Below, piece after piece: positions 10,591-19,643 of a DNA stretch of 64,000 nt (positions within the stretch are counted from its first letter, which is position 1; every line of letters starts with the position of its first letter). A model generated the notes under the pieces. That model saw only the letters and a program-made list of their open reading frames with translations, was not told the origin of the DNA and ran no database searches. Origin of the DNA: an uncultured Candidatus Saccharibacteria bacterium (lineage in GTDB: Bacteria; Patescibacteriota; Minisyncoccia; Phycocordibacterales; GWA1-40-21). A program made the position numbers and the translations under genes. The stretch is taken from contig CAZLRP010000001.1 of assembly GCA_964562105.1 (NCBI GenBank), forward strand, positions 2,949 through 66,948. Direction: 5' to 3'.

Positions 10591-10836
10591 ATGGCAAAAA
10601 TCTGTCCAATAACAAAAAAGACTTCAATAATGTGCGGTGGCTACAGCAACGCAACTCGTGCTACACAATTTAACCCTACAGGAAAAGTAAGGAAGCAAGT
10701 CAATTTCCAAAAGAAAAGAATCTACGTTCCTGAACTTAAAAAAACCTTTGTTTTGGATATTTCAACAAAAGGCATAAAAACCATACAGAAAAATGGGGCA
10801 TTTGCTACCCTGAAAAAGGCGGGAATAATTAAATAG
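10591..10836 (+). CDS. rpmB: 50S ribosomal protein L28
   Basis: MAKICPITKKTSIMCGGYSNATRATQFNPTGKVRKQ matches the L28 pattern; start taken at MAKIC. Confidence 0.8.
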   Translation: MAKICPITKKTSIMCGGYSNATRATQFNPTGKVRKQVNFQKKRIYVPELKKTFVLDISTKGIKTIQKNGAFATLKKAGIIK

Positions 10837-10958
10837 GTTTTAGTTTTTAGCTTTTAGGTGTCAGTAAATTCAAATACATAATACAAAAGAGCGGCGCCTA
10901 CGGCGCCGCTCTTTTGTATTTCCTAAAACCTAGAAACTAGAACCTAAAACCTAATTTA
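10837..10958. repeat. GGTTTTAG 9-mer arrays in inverted orientation flanking a terminator hairpin
   Basis: GGTTTTAGTTTTTAGCTTTTAGG ... [terminator 10875-10906] ... CCTAAAACCTAGAAACTAGAACCTAAAACCTAA. Confidence 0.6.
10875..10906 (+). terminator. rho-independent terminator after rpmB
   Basis: AAAAGAGCGGCGCCTACGGCGCCGCTCTTTTG. Confidence 0.8.
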
Positions 10959-11435
10959 CTATTTCTTTGCAGTAGTAGTCGTAGCCTGATCTTCCACATA
11001 TATTGGACCGACATTTACTATAATATTCCTTTCTGGTGAATATAATATAGCCTTGAGAGCTTTTTGATAAACAAGGATAACATCTCCATTTTGTGCGCCT
11101 TTATAAAATACTTGGTCTTTTATCAAAGCAGCCGCATCATTTATTACATTGACCACTGGATCTTCACCCGTCGGGAGAACTATGAGCTTACCTACTTTTG
11201 CAACAAGTTCTTTTACTTGGGCTTGTTCCATTTGGCTTGCTACATCAACCGAACTTTTTACTACATATTTATTCCATGAATAAAATGTTCCGGCTCCTAC
11301 CAACATTCCTATTACAAACCATGCGACAATTGGCATTAGTTTCTTTTTACCAATTTTGATATTTTCTACCATTTCCATAAATTTTATTTTGTCTATTATT
11401 TTATTAAAACAGGACACAAAAACTAACAAAAGCAT
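10959..11435 (-). CDS. hypothetical membrane-anchored protein
   Basis: single N-terminal TM helix, no motif. Confidence 0.4.
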   Translation of the reverse strand: MLLLVFVSCFNKIIDKIKFMEMVENIKIGKKKLMPIVAWFVIGMLVGAGTFYSWNKYVVKSSVDVASQMEQAQVKELVAKVGKLIVLPTGEDPVVNVINDAAALIKDQVFYKGAQNGDVILVYQKALKAILYSPERNIIVNVGPIYVEDQATTTTAKK

Positions 11436-11489
11436 TATACAGCATAATAAAAATAAATAAAACTTGACATTAAGTTGGCAATCTAAAAA

Positions 11490-12365
11490 CTATTTTTCTT
11501 CAATGATAGCCAAACCGCCAGAAATAAAAGAAATGTCTCCTAAATCATAAGTGATTAGCACTTTGCTTTTAATATCATTTAAAAAATCCAATATTTCTTT
11601 GTGTGGATGGCCATAACTATTATTTACTCCCGCAGAAATAACGGAGTATTCTGAATTAACGGCCGATAAAAATTCGGGAGAAAGAGAATTTTTTGACCCA
11701 TGGTGTGCAATTTTCAGCACATCGCTTTTTAATTCTGCTCCATCTGTTTTTGCCAGATATTCTAAAACATCAGTCGGCGCATCCCCAGTGAACATAAAAG
11801 TTGAATCCCCATAATAAAGCTCCGCCACGATAGAATATTTGTTTGTATCAGTTCCTTTTGGATTATTATTCGGATACAAAATTTTTAAATAAGCCCCGCC
11901 GCCAAGATCAAAAATTTTTCCCGTTCTCGCAATTTCTGTTTTTATATTCTTCTCCAAAATTTGATGCTCCAGTTCTTTGAAAGTTCCCGTGCTAGAAGTC
12001 GCTCCACTGCTTATGTATTTTCGAACGGAATAATTTTTAAAAACTTCGGGAATTCCTCCAATATGGTCTTGATCCGGATGAGTCACAAGAATCGCGTCTA
12101 TAGTCTTATCGTAAAAAGGCATTACCCTGCCCAGAGCATTTAAAATATTTTTATCCGGTCCCCCATCTATAAGAAGCTGATTGCCAATTGGCGATTCTAT
12201 AAAAATAGCATCGCCTTGGCCAACATCCAAAAATGAAACTTTTAAAACATTATTCCTGGTTTCGGCTACGACAGTATAAAAAATCATTCCGTTCACAAAA
12301 AGAAGCAGAGCCAAGAAATATATTTTTATTTTATTAAATTTAAACATTTTTTTGTATTGTGTCAT
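11490..12365 (-). CDS. ComEC-related metallo-beta-lactamase-fold domain protein (C-terminal module of ComEC as a separate ORF)
   Basis: LDVGQGDAIFIE...HPDQDHIGG MBL motifs after an N-terminal TM helix; the first ATG lies inside the GIY-YIG element's inverted repeat. Confidence 0.72.
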   Translation of the reverse strand: MTQYKKMFKFNKIKIYFLALLLFVNGMIFYTVVAETRNNVLKVSFLDVGQGDAIFIESPIGNQLLIDGGPDKNILNALGRVMPFYDKTIDAILVTHPDQDHIGGIPEVFKNYSVRKYISSGATSSTGTFKELEHQILEKNIKTEIARTGKIFDLGGGAYLKILYPNNNPKGTDTNKYSIVAELYYGDSTFMFTGDAPTDVLEYLAKTDGAELKSDVLKIAHHGSKNSLSPEFLSAVNSEYSVISAGVNNSYGHPHKEILDFLNDIKSKVLITYDLGDISFISGGLAIIEEK

Positions 12366-12718
12366 TCCCGCGCAGGCGGGAATCCAGTGTTAAATTATAA
12401 TTCTGAACTCAAATCTTTCCATTCTGGATTTTCTTTTTCAATCAACCTTCTTTTCCATAGCCTATTCCATCTTTTTATGCATTTTTCTCTTAATATCGCA
12501 CTTTCTATATCTGTTGTCTGTTCATAATATACAAGAGTTTTAACATTGTATTTTTTAGTAAAACCTTCAACTAAACAATTTTTGTGCTCATATACTCTTC
12601 TCAATAAATCGTTTGTAACTCCGATATACAATGTCCCATCACGCTTACTCGCTAAAATGTAAACATAATAATATTTCATGAAAAGATTATACTGGATTCC
12701 CGCCTTCGCGGGAATGAC
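12361..12718 (-). mobile_element. GIY-YIG family-1 element: 28-bp palindromic hairpins (GTCATTCCCGCGCAGGCGGGAATCCAGT) in inverted orientation flanking a GIY-YIG gene
   Basis: left hairpin 12361-12388, right hairpin 12691-12718; located between the two comEC ORFs. Confidence 0.7.
12395..12679 (-). CDS. GIY-YIG nuclease family protein (URI domain, YhbQ-like)
   Basis: YYVYILASKRDGTLYIGVTNDLLRRVYEH = GIY-YIG motifs; 94 aa; flanked by 28-bp inverted hairpins. Confidence 0.85.
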   Translation of the reverse strand: MKYYYVYILASKRDGTLYIGVTNDLLRRVYEHKNCLVEGFTKKYNVKTLVYYEQTTDIESAILREKCIKRWNRLWKRRLIEKENPEWKDLSSEL

Positions 12719-12723
12719 AAATA

Positions 12724-14247
12724 CTAAAGAGCTACCGGATAACTTTTTCTATTTTGATAAATAATCCAAATTCCAATGAAAAAATAATACGCGACCATTA
12801 TAGCAAATGAAAAAAACGTTATATTCGCAGTGGAAAATGGCAGATTCGCGAAAAATTCTGAAACATTAATCATATATGCAAGTAATATCCAAGAAATCCA
12901 TGCGAAAGGAAGCGCAAGTGGAAGCCAAATAAAGCCAAGTGTCCCAGTGATAAAACCAAAAAGCATTGTTGCAGGTATAAAAGCAATAACAAAAATATTT
13001 GCAGGCAACGCGACAAGCGATAGCAAGCCCATTTTATAAAGTATTAAAGGCAAGACTAATATTTGTGCCGAGATTGTTGATGCGATTATATCTCGCAAGC
13101 CGAATTTTTCTGTTATGAAACTAAATTTATTTTTAATAATTGGTGAAACATAAATTATTGCAACAGTCGCGAGAAAAGAAAGCTGAAAAGAAATATCAAA
13201 AACTAAAATTTTCGGATTTATAATTATCATTAATAATCCGGCCAGAACAAGAGCCCTGCCCGCTTGATAATTTCTATGAGTAACAGAAGCTAAGATAACG
13301 ATAAGCGCCATTATTCCCGCTCTTACAGCGGTTGAAGATGCACCCGACATAATTATAAAAAGAATTATACCAGTCACACCTCCAAAAAATCCGGCATTTC
13401 GCGGAAGAAAAGAAAGTATTTTCATTATTGCATTTGCTACGATTGTAATATTGTACCCGGAAAGCGCCACAATATGCGAAAGTCCGGCTTTGCGGAAAAT
13501 TTCGGTCGTGTTTACATCCATTGAACTTTTTGCGCCAAGCAATATACCGGAAAGCAACGGGGCTTCCGGCGCGCTAATAGTTTTATTTATATTGCCAATA
13601 AAAGAATTTTTAAAATTAAATAATAAATTTTTAATTACATTTCCATGCCTGCTAGAAATCAATTCGGTTTTTGCAAAATCAACTTTGTAATAAATATCAT
13701 CCTTTGCTAAATATGAAATATAATCAAACGTTGTAGATGAAATATTGTTTGAATTAGAAAAATTTTCTGGTTTTTCAAGTTTCCCTGAAATTTTTATTAG
13801 ATCTCCATATTTTAGTTCCGGATATAAGTCCGTACTCACAACTCCTTTGCCAGAAACATCAATACTGGAGTTTGCAATAACAATATTTTTAAAATCAACT
13901 ACCAGTATCGCCTGCTTATCTTTTCTTGTAGGTTCATCTGAAATTACACCCGCCAGAGAAATTTTATTACCAATATTGTTTTCCAAATTGAAGTCAAGCA
14001 TTTCTAAATCTTTTAATTCGTATCTGAATATTCCCAGAGCGAAAGAAAAAATAAAAATGGTTATCAGAAAAATTTTTTGACCACTTTCAATATCAACGAC
14101 AAAAAATTTTCTGAACAAAAATAAAATTATTGAAAGAAAAATCAAAAAAATAGAAAAAGTAACTCCGAATTTAAAAAATGAGCATAAAAAAATCGCCAAA
14201 ACAAAACCGATGATTGCTATTGCCAGTAAAGAATCCTTTTTCACCAA
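12724..14247 (-). CDS. comEC: ComEC/Rec2 competence membrane protein, N-terminal (DUF4131 plus competence) part
   Basis: 507-aa polytopic membrane protein with the ComEC competence-domain pattern; ends 2 bp from the GIY-YIG element's right hairpin. Confidence 0.68.
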   Translation of the reverse strand: MVKKDSLLAIAIIGFVLAIFLCSFFKFGVTFSIFLIFLSIILFLFRKFFVVDIESGQKIFLITIFIFSFALGIFRYELKDLEMLDFNLENNIGNKISLAGVISDEPTRKDKQAILVVDFKNIVIANSSIDVSGKGVVSTDLYPELKYGDLIKISGKLEKPENFSNSNNISSTTFDYISYLAKDDIYYKVDFAKTELISSRHGNVIKNLLFNFKNSFIGNINKTISAPEAPLLSGILLGAKSSMDVNTTEIFRKAGLSHIVALSGYNITIVANAIMKILSFLPRNAGFFGGVTGIILFIIMSGASSTAVRAGIMALIVILASVTHRNYQAGRALVLAGLLMIIINPKILVFDISFQLSFLATVAIIYVSPIIKNKFSFITEKFGLRDIIASTISAQILVLPLILYKMGLLSLVALPANIFVIAFIPATMLFGFITGTLGFIWLPLALPFAWISWILLAYMINVSEFFANLPFSTANITFFSFAIMVAYYFFIGIWIIYQNRKSYPVAL

Positions 14248-14310
14248 AATATTTTAGCATAAATTAAAACCCTAGCAGAATATACTGCTAGGGCTCAACC
14301 AAGAATGTTG

Positions 14311-14688
14311 TTAATTAGAAGTATGCTGATTCTCATAATGTATGAGTAGCCCAGAAATAAGAGTTATTCTGTAGCCATCAGCAACAATAGAAATCGAAAC
14401 AATCTTCTTGTTCGGAAATTGCTTTTCCCACATTCCCTTTTTTTTCATGATTGCTTTAATACGTTCATCAGTTCCACCCCCTGTATCAATCTTAATGTAG
14501 ACTGTACTTTGTTGATCGTCATAGATATCTTGATCTTGAGCCACATTTGCACTTGAATTTTCAAGTAAAGCCTTCTCTGCAAAGGAAATATATCTATTTT
14601 CCAAATTACCACTATTACCACAACATGTCAGGGTAAAACCACAAAACAGTATTGTAATTACTATGTAAGGTACTTTCATCTTCAACAC
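14311..14688 (-). CDS. putative lipoprotein
   Basis: signal peptide followed by LTCCG lipobox-like motif. Confidence 0.45.
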   Translation of the reverse strand: MLKMKVPYIVITILFCGFTLTCCGNSGNLENRYISFAEKALLENSSANVAQDQDIYDDQQSTVYIKIDTGGGTDERIKAIMKKKGMWEKQFPNKKIVSISIVADGYRITLISGLLIHYENQHTSN

Positions 14689-14838
14689 CTCCTTAATAAG
14701 ATTACTGTTCCTTTTGCATCAAAATTATGCAAAAGATCCCAGATCAAAAACTCCTTTTTAAGAAAAGCATATTTATAACTAATCGTCAATATAACATAAT
14801 ATTTCACATATCTAAAAACAAAGGTGGAGCCTTTGTTA

Positions 14839-15546
14839 TTATTTTCCCCAACTTTTTAAAATTTCTTTTTCATCTTCTGCATTCGTCGCTTTTTTAAATT
14901 TTACATCGCCTTTTATTCCCTTCACTCTTTTCTCGCATTCGGACCAAGTTTTATCAATTTTCAAAACTCCGTGCACCAAGCTCAAATATGAATATGCGGG
15001 CTTATTATTTTTGATTTTATGAGCTTTTTTTGTCCCATTCCCTTTTATAGATGACAAATCAACTTCATAATCAGAAAGTTTGCCTTTAAAAAGTTTTATT
15101 TCAACGTCGTCGGCAAAAGTTGTTGCAATTTCATCGCATCTTTCATTTCCGGCAATTCCAACATGCCCGCCGACATAATTCCATTTTATTTTTCTTCCTT
15201 TTGAAGCCGCTATCAGATCTTCCCACAAATCACGATTCTGCACATCATCTTTTGTAGAATTTTTCCATCCATTTTTCTGCCATCCATAAACCCATTTCGT
15301 TATCCCATTTATTACGTATGAAGAATCTGTATTGAGCACAATTTCTCCCAACTTGGAAGCGAAGCTTCCAAGTGAAGATAGCGCATTTATCGCGCCTAAA
15401 AGCTCCATTCTGTTATTTGTTGTGTGATCTTCTCTTCCACCAAGCTCCATTACTTTATCACCCATAACAACAATAGCCCCCCACCCACCTGGGCCAGGGT
15501 TCCCCCTTGAAGAACCGTCGCTAAAAATAACAATGTCTTTTTTCAT
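14839..15546 (-). CDS. rnhA: ribonuclease HI with C-terminal extension
   Basis: MKKDIVIFSDGSSRGNPGPGGWGAIV...NNRMEL...TDSSYV RNase H motifs; the upstream in-frame ATG belongs to an inserted hairpin element. Confidence 0.8.
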   Translation of the reverse strand: MKKDIVIFSDGSSRGNPGPGGWGAIVVMGDKVMELGGREDHTTNNRMELLGAINALSSLGSFASKLGEIVLNTDSSYVINGITKWVYGWQKNGWKNSTKDDVQNRDLWEDLIAASKGRKIKWNYVGGHVGIAGNERCDEIATTFADDVEIKLFKGKLSDYEVDLSSIKGNGTKKAHKIKNNKPAYSYLSLVHGVLKIDKTWSECEKRVKGIKGDVKFKKATNAEDEKEILKSWGK

Positions 15547-15589
15547 TGAAATGATAATACCATACGTTATACAAAATGAAAAAAGCATT

Positions 15590-15660
15590 GTCATCCCCGC
15601 GGAGGCGGGGATCCAGTATTAAATCAATTCATACTGGATTCCCGTTTTCACGGGAATGAC
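15590..15660. mobile_element. gene-less double-hairpin miniature of the GIY-YIG family-1 element
   Basis: GTCATCCCCGCGGAGGCGGGGATCCAGT + 15-nt spacer + ACTGGATTCCCGTTTTCACGGGAATGAC; same left-end spacer ATTAAAT as in the full element. Confidence 0.65.
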
Positions 15661-15670
15661 AATACAAAAA

Positions 15671-16063
15671 CTATCCTTCATACTCGTCTGTTGTGTCTTT
15701 TTCTCCATCAACTTTTGTTTTGTGAACTATTCCATCTTTGTGATGAGGTGGCATATATATTGTATAAAGTTTCAAAGGTTTTTCGCTTGAAGTATTTATT
15801 ACGTTATGCTGCGAGCCAGCAGGAACAACTATCGCAAAACCGTCAGAAAAAATCGCCCCTTCTCCATCAATAACCACTTTTCCTTCCCCACTATCAACTC
15901 TAAAGAATTGGTCAGAAGTTTCATGAACTTCCATCCCTATTTCTTCATTTGGAAGTAAACTCATCACTACTACCTGTCCATGCTTTGAAGTATAAAGTAC
16001 TTTTCTAAAATTCTCATTATTTAATGTTTCGTTTTCAATATTTATTACAAATCCTTTTTTCAT
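15671..16063 (-). CDS. cupin domain protein
   Basis: GMEVHETSDQFFRVDSGEG...VPAGSQHNV two-motif cupin signature. Confidence 0.7.
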   Translation of the reverse strand: MKKGFVINIENETLNNENFRKVLYTSKHGQVVVMSLLPNEEIGMEVHETSDQFFRVDSGEGKVVIDGEGAIFSDGFAIVVPAGSQHNVINTSSEKPLKLYTIYMPPHHKDGIVHKTKVDGEKDTTDEYEG

Positions 16064-16065
16064 AA

Positions 16066-16110
16066 AATTAGTTTTTAGGTTTTAGCTTTTAGGTGTTAGC
16101 TTAAAACCAA
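16066..16110. repeat. GTTTTAG 9-mer array
   Basis: AGTTTTTAGGTTTTAGCTTTTAGGTGTTAGCTTAAAACC. Confidence 0.5.
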
Positions 16111-16132
16111 ATTAATTTAATAAATAACCCAC

Positions 16133-16279
16133 CTAAAAGGTCTTTTTTATTTTTACGTAACATATTTTACACAAGTGAAATTTTTTTACCTTACTGTTTT
16201 TGTCTGGTGGACTTAAAAGAATCGCCCCGAAATCGGTTAATTCTTTTTTACATTTATCGCAAATCGGTTTTATCGCCAT
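16133..16279 (-). CDS. small CxxC...CxxC zinc-ribbon protein (48 aa; below the ORF-track cutoff)
   Basis: My own translation: MAIKPICDKCKKELTDFGAILLSPPDKNSKVKKFHLCKICYVKIKKTF. Confidence 0.3.
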   Translation of the reverse strand: MAIKPICDKCKKELTDFGAILLSPPDKNSKVKKFHLCKICYVKIKKTF

Positions 16280-16339
16280 ACAACTATTGTATCAAATTGA
16301 TGATATAATATCATCTAATAAGATTTATTAAATTAATTT

Positions 16340-16385
16340 GAATTATTCGTAGCCATTCGTAACATTCGAATAATTTTCGTATATT
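16340..16385. repeat. heptamer array
   Basis: ATTCGTAGCCATTCGTAACATTCGAATAATTTTCGTATAT directly before an ATG. Confidence 0.65.
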
Positions 16386-16387
16386 AT

Positions 16388-16594
16388 ATGGAACAAGAAA
16401 CAATAAAAAAGCTCGCAGAGCTTGAAGAAAAAATTAACAATGTTTATGTATCGGTGGAAAAAACCAGAAAATATTTTTTTTGGACAATGATTATCACAAT
16501 AGCCGTAGTTGTTTTGCCTGTAATTGGGCTAATGTTTGCATTACCGTCATTTATGACTAATTATGTTGGCAGTTTACAAGGTTTGGGGATATAG
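16388..16594 (+). CDS. small membrane protein
   Basis: 68 aa, one TM helix; preceded by an ATTCGTA heptamer array. Confidence 0.35.
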   Translation: MEQETIKKLAELEEKINNVYVSVEKTRKYFFWTMIITIAVVVLPVIGLMFALPSFMTNYVGSLQGLGI

Positions 16595-16616
16595 ACATAT
16601 GCTCACAAAAAATCAA

Positions 16617-16756
16617 TCCGGGTAGTAGATTTTGACATTAAAATTGTTTTTTGTTAAAACAAGATTTGATATATCTTAAAACAAACCATTATTTAATACT
16701 AACTGCTGTAATATTTAGCTAAATTTTAAAAAACTATGTCAAAATTCACTACCCGG
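16617..16756. mobile_element. MITE-like miniature (about 140 bp) with family-2-type TIRs CCGGGTAGTAGATTTTGACAT / ATGTCAAAATTCACTACCCGG
   Basis: TIRs flank ~95 bp of AT-rich sequence; the right TIR supplies the ATG of the SpoU methyltransferase ORF. Confidence 0.6.
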
Positions 16757-17488
16757 CAAGCAAAACTTATAAAATCTCTGCATGAAAAGAAAAACCGAGC
16801 TCTACTCGGACTATTTTTAGTCGAAGGAGAAAAAAGTGTTTCGGAATTATTAAATTCTGATTTTGAAATAGATTTGTTACTTACGACAACGGAATTTTTT
16901 GATAAGTTTGGAGAAAAAGTAAGAGAAAAATCAAATTTATTTGAAATAGTCAGCCAAATAGAAATAGAAAAAGTTGGGACATTTGAAACAAATGATTCTG
17001 CGCTCGCGGTGGTAAGACAAAAAATAAATAAATCTTTTGAAATTGGAACAAGTAAAATTGTGTTGGCTCTCGATGAAATAAAAGATCCGGGAAATTTGGG
17101 AACAATTATCAGGATTGCCGACTGGTACGGAATAAAAAATATTGTTGCTTCAAAAGAGACGGTTAATTTTTATAATCCAAAAGTTGTCACTGCGACAAAA
17201 GGTTCTTTTTCCAGAGTAAATATATTTTACACTGACCTGAAAGATTTCCTTTCCAAGCAAAAACTGCCGATTTTTGGAGCATTTTTAAATGGTAAAAATA
17301 TTCACGAAACAAAATTTCCTTCTAGCGGAATACTCCTCTTGGGAAATGAATCACACGGCATTAGCAAAGAAATAGAAGATTTAGTTACTGAAAAAATAAC
17401 AATTCCTAAATATGGAGAAACAGAGTCTTTGAACGTCGCGATAGCCACAGCAATAATTCTGGATAATTGGAAAAGGAATTTCTCTTGA
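16736..17488 (+). CDS. SpoU/TrmH family RNA 2'-O-methyltransferase
   Basis: LDEIKDPGNLGTIIRIADWYG, LLGNESHGIS motifs; the start codon lies inside the right terminal inverted repeat of a miniature element. Confidence 0.8.
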   Translation: MSKFTTRQAKLIKSLHEKKNRALLGLFLVEGEKSVSELLNSDFEIDLLLTTTEFFDKFGEKVREKSNLFEIVSQIEIEKVGTFETNDSALAVVRQKINKSFEIGTSKIVLALDEIKDPGNLGTIIRIADWYGIKNIVASKETVNFYNPKVVTATKGSFSRVNIFYTDLKDFLSKQKLPIFGAFLNGKNIHETKFPSSGILLLGNESHGISKEIEDLVTEKITIPKYGETESLNVAIATAIILDNWKRNFS

Positions 17489-17494
17489 TTTCTA

Positions 17495-17743
17495 TTGTTT
17501 TGTCTAGCTTTAATTTTAAATTTAACTTCAATTGTTACGCTTACTGGTAGTCGTAAATCGTGTATATTTATTAATTTAATTTTTATTAAATTTATGTTAA
17601 CTACAATTGCAGTTATTTTGATTATTCTCTGGCTTCTCGGTTTAGTAACTTCTTTTACAATGGGAGGATTCATTCATATCCTTATTGTCATAGCGATTAT
17701 TATGATTTTAGTTAGATTAATCAAGGGAGAAAGAATAATCTAA
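17495..17743 (+). CDS. small membrane protein
   Basis: 82 aa, two hydrophobic helices. Confidence 0.35.
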   Translation: MFCLALILNLTSIVTLTGSRKSCIFINLIFIKFMLTTIAVILIILWLLGLVTSFTMGGFIHILIVIAIIMILVRLIKGERII

Positions 17744-17852
17744 AAAAAACATTTGGATAAAATATCAGGCATCTGATTAAAAAACAGCCTCAAGCTGTTT
17801 TTTAAATAAAACTAGCCCGAACCTTACGGTTCGGGCTTGTTTGCTGATGAGA

Positions 17853-18200
17853 TCAATCACCAAACGCTTGAAAAAACTGTTTGCATTGCGGGCATTGCGC
17901 CTGCGTCTCACCCTTCTTTTTCTCGTTTAATTTACATTTGCAATCCGGACAAAAATCCAGATGCAGAGTCATGGGGTAACCAACTTTCGTTTCGTTGCAT
18001 ATTGGACAATAATTCGGGTCGCCAGTCCTGCCAACTTCAAACATTTCTCTCCCAGACACCTTGATAAAATTGCTTATTTTTTTCATCCCCTCGGGCGTGC
18101 AAGCAACACGAATCACACCTTTCAAAGGTACCAATTCGTGTTCATCATTACCACAACAAAGAACTTCTTCTGCTTCTCTTAAAACCTCTGTTTTTGGCAT
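17853..18200 (-). CDS. cysteine-rich putative zinc-binding protein
   Basis: CPICNE...CPDCKC...CPQCKQ pairs; two terminator hairpins downstream. Confidence 0.5.
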   Translation of the reverse strand: MPKTEVLREAEEVLCCGNDEHELVPLKGVIRVACTPEGMKKISNFIKVSGREMFEVGRTGDPNYCPICNETKVGYPMTLHLDFCPDCKCKLNEKKKGETQAQCPQCKQFFQAFGD

Positions 18201-18354
18201 TTTGCCACCTCCTAATTTAAAATATAAACATAAATATAATAGAGTAAATAACTAAAATGTCAAGCATATGTAAATTGGAATAAAAAAACGGCGCTGGTTT
18301 TTTAAACCTAACGCCGCTAAACTATTTGCATTCGCCATCTACTATTGGTACTTT

Positions 18355-18894
18355 CTAGTCACAAATAGTAATGTCCGGTGCTTGAAAAAGAGTGTAAGTT
18401 TCACCAAAATATCCCGAGGTAGGACGACGTATTGTTTCTTGCCACAGTAAATGCAAGCTTTTCATAACCTCGATTGGAATTGTATCCAACAAAAGAATCG
18501 GAACTTCCACATTAGGATTTGTTATTTCTCGTAAAAAATTATCATATTCCTTTTTTGAATAGATAGTTTTTTTATCATGATTAACAAGTCTGACACGATA
18601 AATTGTGCCCTTCTTACTTGGCACATAATCATCTGACATGAGAAGTTCTTTTAAATAGGAAGGAATCTCAATCCCATTACGCTCATGATGAGTCACCCAT
18701 TCCTTGCCTTCCCAACCGGGAGATTTAAGCGAAAAAAACATTATAGCACCTTTGTCCAGTCCTGAAACTTTTTTAGTTACTATTGTAACTTCGTCGCGGA
18801 GTATCTTAATAATTCCTGCGTTTCCGCCAACCTTACTTTTAATACCCTTCCATTGTTCATCGTGCGACGGCATACCAATAAATTTCTTTCCCAT
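18355..18894 (-). CDS. hypothetical protein
   Basis: 179-aa ORF, no motif. Confidence 0.45.
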   Translation of the reverse strand: MGKKFIGMPSHDEQWKGIKSKVGGNAGIIKILRDEVTIVTKKVSGLDKGAIMFFSLKSPGWEGKEWVTHHERNGIEIPSYLKELLMSDDYVPSKKGTIYRVRLVNHDKKTIYSKKEYDNFLREITNPNVEVPILLLDTIPIEVMKSLHLLWQETIRRPTSGYFGETYTLFQAPDITICD

Positions 18895-19093
18895 ACTAGA
18901 CCTCCTTTCTCAGCTATTGGCTGAAATTTTATTTTAAAGAACAAAAGAAAAATAACTTCATATCAACGGTATAACTTAAGATAATTTCTGTCAAGCACAA
19001 TTTACTTATAAACCTAATGAGACACTTTACCAAACTTAAGTATTGTGGTAGCTTTACGCGGGCTTGATCATTCCAATTCTATAGGAGGTATTT

Positions 19094-19498
19094 ATGGAAC
19101 CATTTGAAATGGAAGTTTTGGCGGGCAATGCGTTGTTTGTCCTTCTGTGTTTGGTCCCGTTAAATATTGAGGAGATTGTTGATGTTTGGAGTATGTATTC
19201 AAAAGAGTTTGAGGATGCTCTCAATATGAGCAATAGCCATGATTGCGGTAACTATTGGATGACTCCGAAAAAAGAACAGGCGCTTCTGAAAGAGTACTTA
19301 CTAAAAGAAGAAATCGTCGAAGAAATAAATGAAATTTTTAAGGGTAAAAGAATCAAATCTTTAAAAATAACGGTGGAAGGAAAAATCTATCTTCAGAAAT
19401 TAATAAATGACGGCATAAAATTCAAATGTAAAACAAGATTGATCAAAGATAAACACTTAATTATTGACACAAAGTGCAAAAGAAAAAAACATAAGTAA
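19094..19498 (+). CDS. hypothetical protein
   Basis: 134-aa ORF followed by two terminator hairpins. Confidence 0.45.
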   Translation: MEPFEMEVLAGNALFVLLCLVPLNIEEIVDVWSMYSKEFEDALNMSNSHDCGNYWMTPKKEQALLKEYLLKEEIVEEINEIFKGKRIKSLKITVEGKIYLQKLINDGIKFKCKTRLIKDKHLIIDTKCKRKKHK

Positions 19499-19643
19499 TC
19501 ATCTTACTCACAACCAAAACCACCCCTAAAAAGGTGGTTTTTATTATTATAGAAAATAAAAAACACGACATGTGTTTTTTATAAAAATTAAGGAGTGCTT
19601 TGTTTATTACAGTTTAATACTAGTTGTGGATTTTCTTTTGGTT

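Noticed and set aside
10837-10958. Possible CRISPR array suggested by recurring GTTTTAG units
   Set aside because: The units are 9-bp tandem repeats without unique spacers, occur in inverted orientation around terminators, and no cas genes are present.
12361-12718. Interpreting the 28-bp hairpins merely as the terminator and leader hairpins of the GIY-YIG gene
   Set aside because: This was not adopted as the sole explanation because the same hairpin pair recurs without any gene at 15590, 53833 and 51196, sharing the element's left-end spacer. That points to a mobile unit. The terminator function may still be real.
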